The notes beneath the pieces are model-generated. The model made no database searches, had not been told where the DNA came from, and saw only the letters and a list, made by a program, of their open reading frames with translations. This document shows, one piece after another, positions 18,924 to 28,636 of a stretch of DNA of 64,000 nt. The DNA is from an uncultured cyanobacterium (GTDB lineage: Bacteria; Cyanobacteriota; Cyanobacteriia; Phormidesmidales; Phormidesmidaceae). Positions within the stretch are counted from its first letter, which is position 1. Each line of letters begins with the position of its first letter. The DNA lies in NCBI GenBank assembly GCA_963793265.1, contig CAWBZI010000001.1, forward strand, positions 1,344,001 through 1,408,000, read 5' to 3'. A program made the position numbers and the translations under genes.

Positions 18924-19634
18924 ATGACCAACTCCACCCTTGATGATAAAACGGTAGTCCGCGACTATTTCAACGCGACGGGCTTCGATCGCTGGAAGCG
19001 CATTTATGGCGACGGTGAAGTAAATAAGGTGCAGGTGAATATTCGCGCCGGGCACCAAAAGACGATTGATAATGTGCTCGAATGGTTCGCTGAAGATGGC
19101 GATTTGTCGCAAATGACGGTGTGCGATGCGGGGTGTGGGGTGGGGAGCCTGGCGATTCCATTAGCGAAGATGGGGGCGAAGGTGTATGCCAGCGATATTT
19201 CTGAGAAGATGGCGGGTGAGGCGGACGTGCGGGCCAAAGCTGAGCTAGCAGATGTGCTGAGCGCTGAGCAAATGCCTGAGTTTGAGGCGAAGGATTTGGA
19301 GGCGATTGAGGGCAGCTATCATACGGTGGTGTGCTTGGACGTGCTGATTCACTATCCGCAGGAGAAGGCGGACAATATGGTGAAGCACCTCAGCTCGCTG
19401 GCTACCGACCGGGTAATTATGAGCTTTGCACCGAAGACCTGCTTTTATGCCACGCTTAAAAAGGTAGGAGACTTTTTTCCGGGGCCGAGTAAGGCGACGC
19501 GGGCCTATTTGCACAGAGAGTCGGATGTGGTGAAAGCGCTGGAGGCAAATGGCTGGGTAATTGGAAGGCGATCGCTCAACAAAGCCCCCTTCTATTTCTC
19601 TCGTTTGCTCGAAGCCACCCGTCCTAGCACATAA
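18924..19634 (+). CDS. chlM: magnesium protoporphyrin IX methyltransferase
   Basis: 'DDKT.V.DYFN.TGFDRW.RIYG', 'CDAGCGVGSL', 'CLDVLIHYP', 'FFPGPSKATRAYLH'. Confidence 0.97.
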   Translation: MTNSTLDDKTVVRDYFNATGFDRWKRIYGDGEVNKVQVNIRAGHQKTIDNVLEWFAEDGDLSQMTVCDAGCGVGSLAIPLAKMGAKVYASDISEKMAGEADVRAKAELADVLSAEQMPEFEAKDLEAIEGSYHTVVCLDVLIHYPQEKADNMVKHLSSLATDRVIMSFAPKTCFYATLKKVGDFFPGPSKATRAYLHRESDVVKALEANGWVIGRRSLNKAPFYFSRLLEATRPST

Positions 19635-19669
19635 CCAACTGCTTCCACCCACCTACCCTTCTCATCGTC

Positions 19670-20095
19670 ATGGCTAATGCAAAACGCATTGCAGGGCTTG
19701 GGCTCTCTGGATTAGGACTACTGCTCGGCTTTCTTTGCCTGGGCAGGGCCGTAGAAACTGCGCTGGATAAAGATCCTAACCGGCTCGGTAAGCGAGAGAC
19801 AATCACCGCCGGGCTGCTGCTAGGCATTCCGATTACCGCATCGGCGCTATGGATGATCAAGGACTTGGAGCGTAGCCGAAAGCTAGCTGAATCTGAGCGA
19901 TTACAGGCACTTTTCTATAAGGCGCTTAAGGCGAACAATGGCAGGATTAACCCGCTTCAGTTCGCGATGCTGGGTCAAATTTCTGTTGAGGAAGCTAAAG
20001 ACTGTCTGGATGCTTGGGCTGTTCCGCTCAACGCAGACTTTCAGGTAGACGAGGCCGGGGTGGTGATGTATTGCTTTAACGTGTTTGAAAACTGA
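19670..20095 (+). CDS. conserved membrane protein (two TM helices plus a winged-helix-like C-terminus)
   Basis: Two hydrophobic segments; C-terminal 'GRI....FAM...IS..EA...LD..A....A.F.V.E.G...Y.F'. Confidence 0.7.
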   Translation: MANAKRIAGLGLSGLGLLLGFLCLGRAVETALDKDPNRLGKRETITAGLLLGIPITASALWMIKDLERSRKLAESERLQALFYKALKANNGRINPLQFAMLGQISVEEAKDCLDAWAVPLNADFQVDEAGVVMYCFNVFEN

Positions 20096-20113
20096 TCTTT
20101 TTGGAAGAATGCC

Positions 20114-20488
20114 ATGGCTCGTTTGTTTTTCATAGTCGCCTCTCTTTTGGGCGGGCTCTCCGTAGCAGGCGGCGCGTTCGGTGCTCATGCCCTCAAAGGA
20201 ACGTTGAGCGAAACGGCTTTGAACAGTTTTGAAACCGGCGTAAGATACCAGATGTATCATGCCCTAGCGTTGCTTGTTGTTGCCTTACTGATTAAGCAGT
20301 CGCCCGAAATCTCGATACTCAACGTCGCAGGCTGGTGCTTCATTGCGGGCATTGTTCTATTTTCGGGCAGTCTTTACGGGCTGAGCCTGGCGGGGATTAA
20401 GGCGCTAGGGCCAGTTACGCCATTAGGCGGCGTTGCTTTTATGGCGGGCTGGATTTGTTTGATGGTTGCTAGTACAAAAGCGTTCTAG
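20114..20488 (+). CDS. DUF423 family membrane protein
   Basis: 'GAFGAHAL', 'TGVRYQMYHALALL', 'LFSGSLY', 'LGPVTPLGG'. Confidence 0.93.
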   Translation: MARLFFIVASLLGGLSVAGGAFGAHALKGTLSETALNSFETGVRYQMYHALALLVVALLIKQSPEISILNVAGWCFIAGIVLFSGSLYGLSLAGIKALGPVTPLGGVAFMAGWICLMVASTKAF

Positions 20489-20510
20489 GCTCTCTTGATT
20501 TAGCCGCTCG

Positions 20511-21074
20511 CTACGAATCAATATACAATTCATCAAGCACGTCAATACTAGCCTCTTCTGAATCGAGCGTTTCAGCTTCAGTCATTTCAGCTTCAGTCAT
20601 CTCAGCTTCAGGCATCTCAGCTTCAGTCATTTGGGCCTCAGTCATTTGGGCCTCAGACGCACCCTCTTCAGCCATCGTCTCGTCAGTCGCTTCGTCTTCC
20701 ATCATGGCTTCTTCTGCAAGATCTGTATCGATAGACTGCGCTGTCGCTTCTGGCTGAATTGAAACCGTTCCATCTTCGGAAACAACGAGCTTCCATTCAC
20801 CCTTACTCTGGTTGTCATGCTGACTAATAGAGGAGAGTGAATTAGAAGAAGACAGCGCTTGGTCTTGAGGAACGACGCTACCGTCAGATTGCAAGATCAG
20901 CTTAGGGGTTTGCTCAGAAGCAGCGGTGACAGGCGCTATACGGGTCGATTCCGAGGTGGGTGATAGTGCGATCGCACTTCCTGCTGTCAGGGCCATGCCA
21001 GCGCCCGTTTGCAGCAGCGCGCCAAAGAGCACAAGCGGCAGATTGGTATTTTGAGAATTTGCATCGGCTGACAT
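20511..21074 (-). CDS. hypothetical exported acidic protein with EA(E/Q)M(T/P) repeats
   Basis: AGGAG before ATG 21074, a hydrophobic leader and a low-complexity acidic C-terminus. Confidence 0.65.
   Translation of the reverse strand: MSADANSQNTNLPLVLFGALLQTGAGMALTAGSAIALSPTSESTRIAPVTAASEQTPKLILQSDGSVVPQDQALSSSNSLSSISQHDNQSKGEWKLVVSEDGTVSIQPEATAQSIDTDLAEEAMMEDEATDETMAEEGASEAQMTEAQMTEAEMPEAEMTEAEMTEAETLDSEEASIDVLDELYIDS
20571..20656 (-). repeat. 15-bp coding tandem repeat, about 6 copies
   Basis: Plus-strand units such as TCAGCTTCAGTCATC and TGGGCCTCAGTCATT encode EAEMT/EAQMT. Confidence 0.9.
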
Positions 21075-21247
21075 AGCAGTGACTCCTAACAGGACTTCCG
21101 TAATATTACTGACTTTCTTGTCAAGCAAGATAATAACTCAAAAGAACTAACGTATCTTCAAATATGAAGAATATTGACTTTAGTAGGATAAAATCGTCTG
21201 TATTCTATTGATTTTGCGATTAAGACTGATGAATTGAACGCATTGCG

Positions 21248-22477
21248 ATGATTAAAGCCCTTCCCAATCCCCTCCAGCTTCCCTGGGTAATTTATGCGCT
21301 AGAGCAGGGAAACGCTTCGCTGCACCGAGCCTTAGCGCTGGCGAATGCAGCCGCATCAGATCGTCAAATCTTTATTATCAGCAACAGTGAATATGCGACG
21401 GTTGCCCAAAACAAACTCTCTCAAAATTTTGACGCTACCGATAATATTTCCATTCATTCAGTTGCTTGCAGCGCCACATTCGGCAGCCCAGATGACGAGC
21501 TTTTACAGGTGAGTCAGCTATTTTCAATCGCCCCTTTTGTCCTCATTGTTGATTCGCTACCAAAGGGCTTCTACGGCGAACTACCCGACATTCTGGCTGA
21601 GCTGGCTAACATTCCCAAAGTTTTGATACTGCGAGATTTGAAGCCGACCGATGCGTTAGTAAAGCCCCTCCCCAGAAGAACTGCTCGCAGTCTCGACAGC
21701 CTCATCGCAGAACATTACGATCTGGCCATTATCCCTGGCGATCGCGAAGCCCCCACTGCACTCACCCTTCCTCCTGGTGAGCAAGCATTCTGCAACCTCA
21801 AACAAACCCATCCCTGGCTGAGCCGGTTGACTCACAGCTACTATCAAGACAAAGCAACAACTATTTTAGTCATAGCCTCAGCAGCAGCCGAGAAAGAAAT
21901 ATATGGCTACATCGCCAGCACCTTAGCGCAACAGTGCCCTGATGCAAATATCCGATGTTTCTCTCGCATTCCGCCCAACAACTGTCCGGTTGAACTTTGG
22001 GATGCCTACTGGCCCCCGGTAGACTATCTACCAGGGGCAGATTTGGTGATTGGCTCAGGTGACTACAGCACAGTTCATACCTGTCAGGCGTTAGGAATTC
22101 CGCTCATTGCATTTCCCTGGCAGCGTCAGGACGATCTACAAAGAGAAAGACTTGACCATGCCGCTAGCTTGAGCCCTGAACTGATCAAAATTGTCACGAG
22201 CCCTGAAGAGGCGCTCGGGAATGCGTTTGCTTTGCTCAATCAGATGATAGCGAGCAGACTGACTGAGCTTCAGAAGACAAAGGATGTAGCGTCTGGCTTG
22301 GCGGATTTCGTAGATAAAACCGCAGGCAAAGAAACAGAGGGAATTACAGAGGCGATCGCACTCATCGAAGCAGCCATTGTCGCTAAGTGGAATCAAATTG
22401 CTCATGCCGCGATGACAGCAGACGTGCAGCAGATGAGAGAGCGGCAAGAGGCACTCGCCGAGGACGATCAGTGGTAG
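21248..22477 (+). CDS. GT-B fold glycosyltransferase-like protein
   Basis: 'WVIYAL......HRALALA', 'LIVDSLP.G..GEL', 'ADLVIG.G.Y.TV..C.ALGIP.IAFP..R..DLQ..R'. Confidence 0.65.
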   Translation: MIKALPNPLQLPWVIYALEQGNASLHRALALANAAASDRQIFIISNSEYATVAQNKLSQNFDATDNISIHSVACSATFGSPDDELLQVSQLFSIAPFVLIVDSLPKGFYGELPDILAELANIPKVLILRDLKPTDALVKPLPRRTARSLDSLIAEHYDLAIIPGDREAPTALTLPPGEQAFCNLKQTHPWLSRLTHSYYQDKATTILVIASAAAEKEIYGYIASTLAQQCPDANIRCFSRIPPNNCPVELWDAYWPPVDYLPGADLVIGSGDYSTVHTCQALGIPLIAFPWQRQDDLQRERLDHAASLSPELIKIVTSPEEALGNAFALLNQMIASRLTELQKTKDVASGLADFVDKTAGKETEGITEAIALIEAAIVAKWNQIAHAAMTADVQQMRERQEALAEDDQW

Positions 22478-22482
22478 CGGTG

Positions 22483-24081
22483 ATGAAAGAAGCAAGCTAC
22501 AAGAAATACTATCAGGCCATAGCGGAGACGCCAAAAGTCGCAGTGCCTTACAGACAGCTTGCTAGTGCTCTATTGGAGGACGCAGATTTTGAACAGGCGA
22601 TCGCCTTCGCTAAAATCGCGCTAAGCCTGAATCCCAATGACTTTCAAGCAGCCCTCCTGCTTCAAAAAAGCATCGACGCGCTACACAAACTGTCCTATCC
22701 AAAAAGGCCATCAGCGCAAGCACACCAGCCAGCTAAACAACCACCACTAATAGCCGAAGAAGGGAACAACTACACTTTTATCAGTCAAAAAGTACAAGGG
22801 TTCATCAACAGCTCACAGCCTTATCACCTGCCTGTTTCCATCATTATCCCGACCTATAATCGTAAAGACAAACTTGCTCGCGCGCTAGCTGCCCTTACTC
22901 ATCAGAGCTATCCTCAACACCTCATCGAAATTATCGTAGCCGACGACGGCAGCACCGACGGTATCGAAACCGTCATTCAAAAGTTTCAACAGCACCTTAC
23001 GATCAAACATGTTTGGCAGCCAGATTTAGGCTTTCGGCTAGCGGGCGTGTGCAATCTTGGCATTCAGAATGCGACTCACAACTGCATTGTTTTGCTACAG
23101 TGCGACATGATTCCTCGGCCTGAGCTGGTAGAAGCCTATATGCAGTACCTTCATACCGGCGAGAGAGTCTTTTTGATTGGCGGGCGTCAGTTTGTGTGTG
23201 CAGATGATATTACAGATGATCAAATTTTAGCCGACGTTGACGCAGCCTTGAGTTTACCGGCGATTAAAACCAACAACGAAATTTGGCAAGGACAAAAGTC
23301 CTGGCAAGACTGGCGAATTCCCGTCTATCAAGAAACAGACGGTCTTAAGAAAGAGAAATATCCTTTCAGAGCGGCTGTGGGCTCTAACCTCGCATTCTCT
23401 AAGCAGTTAGTGGAAGAGATTGGGGGCTTTGACGAAGACTTCCATGCCTGGGGCGGCGAAGATCGAGAGTTTGGCTATCGGGCTTATAATGCGGGCTACT
23501 ATTTTATTCCGGTTAAGAAGGCGCAGTGTTTGCATCAGGAGCCACCGGAGGGCGTGAATGAGAGCGATCGCAAGCTGGGCAGCAGGCTGGCGAAAAAAGG
23601 GTGCGAGGAGAAATGCCCTATGCCTACCGATAGGAAATATCAGGCAGGAAGAGTTTATGCCGTGCCTAAAGTCTCTATCTGCGTCGTTGTTTTTTCAAAT
23701 GCCGACACGCCGCGATTGCTCAGAACCTCTATCGAAAGCGTGCTCAACCAAACTTACACAGATTTAGAAGCTTTTGTTATTGTCTGTGGCGTTAACAGCC
23801 ATCGTTTTCAAAGCCTGCAGGTTAACTTCTCGGCAGATAAACGCGTGAGATGGAAAGTGTTGAGGCGGCAATACGCTTTGGAAAGCGTTTTGAACGGCGG
23901 CTTTAAGCGAGCAAAAGGCGCTTATATTGGGTACTTGAAGGCGGGAGATACGCTACGGCCCGATGAGATTGAAAGATTAAATCAGCGTTTGGATGAGGGC
24001 GATGATGGCTGCGCGTTTGAGGAGGCGATCGCGCAGCCCTTTCAGTTATTTAGAAAGCGCGACTGGATGAGAGCGCAATGA
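22483..24081 (+). CDS. TPR plus tandem GT2 protein resembling class II hyaluronan/chondroitin synthases; second GT domain degenerate
   Basis: 'VSIIIPTYNR', 'ADDGS', 'LP.IKTNN', 'DWR', 'GFDEDF.AWGGED.EFGYR', 'HQEPP...NE.DR..G', 'VPKVSI'. Confidence 0.8.
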   Translation: MKEASYKKYYQAIAETPKVAVPYRQLASALLEDADFEQAIAFAKIALSLNPNDFQAALLLQKSIDALHKLSYPKRPSAQAHQPAKQPPLIAEEGNNYTFISQKVQGFINSSQPYHLPVSIIIPTYNRKDKLARALAALTHQSYPQHLIEIIVADDGSTDGIETVIQKFQQHLTIKHVWQPDLGFRLAGVCNLGIQNATHNCIVLLQCDMIPRPELVEAYMQYLHTGERVFLIGGRQFVCADDITDDQILADVDAALSLPAIKTNNEIWQGQKSWQDWRIPVYQETDGLKKEKYPFRAAVGSNLAFSKQLVEEIGGFDEDFHAWGGEDREFGYRAYNAGYYFIPVKKAQCLHQEPPEGVNESDRKLGSRLAKKGCEEKCPMPTDRKYQAGRVYAVPKVSICVVVFSNADTPRLLRTSIESVLNQTYTDLEAFVIVCGVNSHRFQSLQVNFSADKRVRWKVLRRQYALESVLNGGFKRAKGAYIGYLKAGDTLRPDEIERLNQRLDEGDDGCAFEEAIAQPFQLFRKRDWMRAQ

Positions 24082-26511
24082 ATCTTTTGCCTTGAGTGCC
24101 AGCATCCAAAACAGCGGGATTCCAGAATATTCATGAGGCGCAATATTGTTAGCAGGCGCGATCGCTCTAAACGCAGCATTCTTACGAATATCAGGATACG
24201 CATCACAGGCAAATCGATACAGCGCTGAAAACCGTTCTCTATTGAAAGGCTGCTTTTGCCGGTAAGGCCAATCCCGATTGAAATAGGGCAACAGCCACTC
24301 AAATCCTTTCTCTAAACCAGCGCCCTCGCGCGTCGTGTATCGCCATAAGTCAATGCCGACATGCTCCGCAACTTTGGCTAAGTTAGCCCAGTTTTGCAGG
24401 TTAAAGGTGCAGTAGTGCAGCGTGGCGCTTCGCTTCAGTTCTTGAGGCTGTTTGCCACCGGGCTCAAACTGTTTTGCCAGCCTGAGCTTACTGTATTCGA
24501 GCGTTTTGAAAAGAGCGATCGCATCATCACAAAACCCAGCTAGCGCGGCCACTTGAAGATCATAGCAGGTGCCATGATTATTCACCGCTCGCCCCTCTGC
24601 TTGGCCCTGAGCGCTCGTCATCAGCCAGTTCAAAAGCGACTGACACCAGGCTTGTAGCCCTTCATAGTCGGCCTGTGACCACGCATCCGAGTAGCGCAGC
24701 AGCTTCACCGCATCTAAAAAGTAATAGAAATCTTTGGTGTCAATAATGCCCCACCGTGCGCCCAGATTGTTGTTGTTTCCCATCTCAACCTGAGCATATT
24801 TAAGATGAGGCGTCATTTTAGTCGCCGGATCTAAAAACCACGTGCGTACCAGGTTTGCAGCATGGTCTGCATAGTGGCGATCGCCCGTGATATACCAGGC
24901 CATTGCTAAAGTCGTCGTATTGTTTAGCGTTCTCTGTAGGCGAGCGTGGTCGTATTGGTTGCTCTCTTTAGAATATAACTTAGTTGCAGGCATTCGCTGA
25001 CCGTCGCGAAATACATACGGTAAGCCATCGGGCTTCGTTGGATCTGGCCAGCTAAAGGCCGATAGTGAAAAGTAGTCGTGGGGACTACCGCTGGCGGGCA
25101 TGGCTGTTTTTTGCATCACAGAGTAGGCCGGATGCTGGAGGGCTTTGTTAGCTAGTGCCTTGAGCTGTCGAAAGAAATCAAAGGCGCGTGGCTGGCGATC
25201 GCACCGACACTTATACAGGCACTTATCGCGAAACTGATCCAGGGTTTGCTGATTAAAAAACAACAGCTCGTGAGCCTTGAAGCAACGGCGAAAGATGCTT
25301 TCATCAATTGCATCGATAAACTGCCATACCGCCGCCTGCCGGTCAACTGTGCGCCCGCTCAGTCCTGCGCGGCCCTGATCGTGATCTAGCGCGTGGCCAG
25401 AGGCCAGACGAGCGACCCGGCCTGCCGATTGCCACTGGCCCGCTTCAGCAGAAACCGTCCACTGCTTTCGCTCCCAGGGTTTGTAGTTCCACCTGTCCCA
25501 AATGCCCGGTATTTTTAGCCGCCTGAACAGCTCAACTTTGGTAAAACGGCCATACTGTAAAGATTCGTCAAAGCGTTCCTTGGAGCTTTGATGAATTGCA
25601 ATTTGCGGTTCTTCAGTCGGCGGTGGAATTTCGCCGGGCGTAAAAAGCTGCTCGTTGGTAGTTAGCCGAATCATCGGCAAAATAAAGTGTTTAATCGATG
25701 GTTTATTGTCTCGCTTGGGCCTGATCTGAACAGTTTTTAAAACACGACGCCAGGCAGCTAGCGTCATAAAACAGCCGCCGTCTAACACTAGCGTCCAGTC
25801 GGCTTTTTGCTGACCTTCGTCTAAGGCTAAATTGCGGACGGCGTTGAGGTTGATGGCGGCTAGGTTTTTGGGTCTGTAGGGGCGATCGCCCGCCCAAATC
25901 TGACTGTTGCGATCAAGTTTTTGAAAGGCGGGCGATCGCAAAAAATCAGGCTCCAAAAAACTCTCAAAGTCGTAATCCACCCTGGCATAGGCCGCCTTGT
26001 CAAACGGGATATGCCGATACGTTTGATGGTGCGTCGTTAAAGTCTTTAAGATCTTCTGTTCTTGTTCTGCATCTACAATTCTGTTGACTATCCAAGTCTT
26101 TTGGCAGCGATGCAAAGGCGGCTCATGATTCAAAATAAACTCAAGATTGGCCAGCGTTTGCCCCACATAATGACGCGGTGGCAAATCACTGCCTAAGATT
26201 CTGTAAAGAATAAAGCTAGGCGAACTCTGTTGACTCGTCGCGCTCGATACAACACAATCTTCGATGCCTAAAACATTCGAGACAAGGGCATTCCACTCAC
26301 CCAGCTCAGTAAAATTTTCAATATCGAAAGCATGCTTTCGTTGCACAGAGATCTCTTTAAAGCGGGCCACCCAGTCGGCAATGAGCTGACCAGAGAGCCG
26401 TGAGCTTTGAACAGACGCTTTAGAGAAATAGTGGCCCATTGAGTCATAGTTACCGCACCAGTACTGCCACCAGGCAAGGTCTAAAAGGTCAAAGTTGTTC
26501 ATCTTCATCAC
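24046..26511 (-). CDS. fusion of a glycosyltransferase-like domain and an alginate-lyase family domain
   Basis: C-terminal 'HDYFSL..F.WPDP..PDGLPY..RDG', 'TWF.DPATKM.P.L.YAQ', 'NNHGT.YD.Q', 'G.QP.EL.R....HY..FNL'; central 'LYRILG.DLPPRH', 'RN.AL..G', 'LDG.CF'. Confidence 0.8.
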   Translation of the reverse strand: MMKMNNFDLLDLAWWQYWCGNYDSMGHYFSKASVQSSRLSGQLIADWVARFKEISVQRKHAFDIENFTELGEWNALVSNVLGIEDCVVSSATSQQSSPSFILYRILGSDLPPRHYVGQTLANLEFILNHEPPLHRCQKTWIVNRIVDAEQEQKILKTLTTHHQTYRHIPFDKAAYARVDYDFESFLEPDFLRSPAFQKLDRNSQIWAGDRPYRPKNLAAINLNAVRNLALDEGQQKADWTLVLDGGCFMTLAAWRRVLKTVQIRPKRDNKPSIKHFILPMIRLTTNEQLFTPGEIPPPTEEPQIAIHQSSKERFDESLQYGRFTKVELFRRLKIPGIWDRWNYKPWERKQWTVSAEAGQWQSAGRVARLASGHALDHDQGRAGLSGRTVDRQAAVWQFIDAIDESIFRRCFKAHELLFFNQQTLDQFRDKCLYKCRCDRQPRAFDFFRQLKALANKALQHPAYSVMQKTAMPASGSPHDYFSLSAFSWPDPTKPDGLPYVFRDGQRMPATKLYSKESNQYDHARLQRTLNNTTTLAMAWYITGDRHYADHAANLVRTWFLDPATKMTPHLKYAQVEMGNNNNLGARWGIIDTKDFYYFLDAVKLLRYSDAWSQADYEGLQAWCQSLLNWLMTSAQGQAEGRAVNNHGTCYDLQVAALAGFCDDAIALFKTLEYSKLRLAKQFEPGGKQPQELKRSATLHYCTFNLQNWANLAKVAEHVGIDLWRYTTREGAGLEKGFEWLLPYFNRDWPYRQKQPFNRERFSALYRFACDAYPDIRKNAAFRAIAPANNIAPHEYSGIPLFWMLALKAKDSLRSHPVALSK

Positions 26512-28636
26512 GAACCGCTCGCCTGCAGTTTGCTGGTGACTCGCTCAATCCGCAGGCGAATTTCCTCAGCTTGATCGTCTCGGCCCAGTGTTTGCCAGAG
26601 TGCAAGTGCCTGCTCAAGGTAGTCTATTGACTGTTCAAAGCTCGACTGTTGTTCATAAACGCCACTGATCTGTCTAAGAATTCTAGCTGTCGCTGCCAGA
26701 TCGTCTAGCTCGCGGCTAATCGTGACAGCCTGCTGATAAGCGTCAATGGACTGTTCGTAGCTGCCCTGCTGATAGTAGACAGCGCCCATGCTCTTGAGCA
26801 CTTTGCCCTCACCACGACGATCGCCAATCTGATTGCGAATATCGAGTGCTCTTTGATAGTAGTCAATCGCCTGTGCGTAGTCTTCTCTCGCCTTGTGCAC
26901 ATTACCAATATTGTTCAGCGTAGAAGCTTCTACGGTTTGATGGCCAACCTCGCTGTTTAGATCCAAAACCTGTTGATAATAGTCCAGCGCCTTGTCATAT
27001 TGTTGTAGGTCAAAATAAATACGACCGATGTTGTTGAGCATTCGAGCTTCGCTAGAGCGATCGCCAATCTGCCTGCGCGCAGCTAACGACTGTTCGTAAT
27101 AGTCCAGCGCTTGAGTCAAATCGCCACGATCATGAGCTAGCAAGCCCAAACCGTTAAACGCCAGTCCCAGACCCGGTACAAAATCAATTTCTTGGCTAAT
27201 CGCCAAAACCTGCTCATAGGTTGAACGCGATAAATCTTGCTTTTCTTGGGAGCGATAGTTGAGGGCGATTTCAGTGAGCGCGTTGGCTTCACCCATGCGA
27301 TCGCCGTTTGCCTGATGAATTGCTAACGACTGCTGCGCGTAGTCCAGCGCCTGATCGTACTGGCCCAAGTACCAGTGAGCAGCCGATAGGTTCACCAGGG
27401 TTTGGCCCTGCCCCCCCAAGTCGTCCAGATCAGTCTGTATCGCTAGCGCCTGCTCATAATGTGAGATGGCCTTAGTATATTGACCCCATGAGGCATAGAC
27501 CCGAGCCAGGTTTCGTAAAGCCTTGGCTTCGCTGAGGCGATCGCCCACCAGCGGTCGTTTACTAATTTCCAAAGCCTGCTGATAGTTCTCTACAGCCTGT
27601 GAATAGTCACTTTGATGATAGTAAGACTCCCCGATTCTGTTGAGCGTTTTGCCCTGCTCTGCCAAATCGCCCGTTTCTGCTTGAACAGCTAGCGCCTGCT
27701 GATAAAGCGATCTGGCCTGCGGATAGTCACTCTGGAGCTGATACACCCAGCCTGTCAGCCGGAGCACTCGGCCTTTTCCAGTGCGATCGCCAATCTCATC
27801 AAACAGCGATCGCGCCTGCGCGTAATAGCCCAGCGCCTGCGGATAGTCGTACGTCCGCAGGCTCATCTCGCCCTGATTTTCTAGCGTTTGCCCTTCCCCC
27901 TGTCGGTCTTGAATTGCGTCTGCAACCGCCCAGCTTTTCTCATACATCGCCTGAGCTTTGTCATACTCGCCCGCCTGCCGATGCATCGTTCCTAGCTTTC
28001 TAAGCGCAATGCCCTCCCCTAGCTGCTCCCTAAGCGCCTCCGATAGCGCCAGACTTCGACGATAGTAGTCCCAAGCCATTTCACGATCTTTTTCAGATTC
28101 AGCCACCTCACCTAAGTACCGCAGCGTTTCACTTTGCCCTAGCCGATCTTTCACCCGCTCAGCAATCTGCAAACTCTCCTGCAAAGCTGCCTTCGCCTGC
28201 TGCGTTTCGCCCGTCGCCAAATAGGCCCGTCCTAAGTTCGCCAGCGCCTGACTTTCTCCTAAGCGATCGCGCACCTCCCTGGCCCGTTGCAAATGCCGCT
28301 GATGATACTCAATCGCCTGCAAATACACGCCCTGATTGTGATACACCTCGCCAATATTGCCAACTGCCTGCCCCTCTCCTAGCGCGTCGTCGATTTCTCG
28401 GGCAATCGTCAAATGCTGCTCATGATCCTGCAAAGCTGCCGGGTAATCGCCTAAGTTGTTGCGCATTACCCCCAAATTGCCGTACGCATAGCCCATCCCA
28501 CGCCGATCTTCTAAAGCTTCAGCCTGATCCCGGCTCCGGCTCAGGTAGTCAAGCGCGTCTTCAAACCCACCAAGCCGATAGAAAACATTGCGCCAGCGCT
28601 GAATTCCCAGCGTGCCAATAAACGAATCTAAGGCCC
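26508..28636 (-). pseudogene. 3' TPR-repeat half of a frameshifted AAA_35-TPR gene
   Basis: About 16 TPR units of ~40 aa. The frame stays open upstream of ATG 28496 ('[34 protein letters not shown]') into the end of the upstream ORF. Confidence 0.75.
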
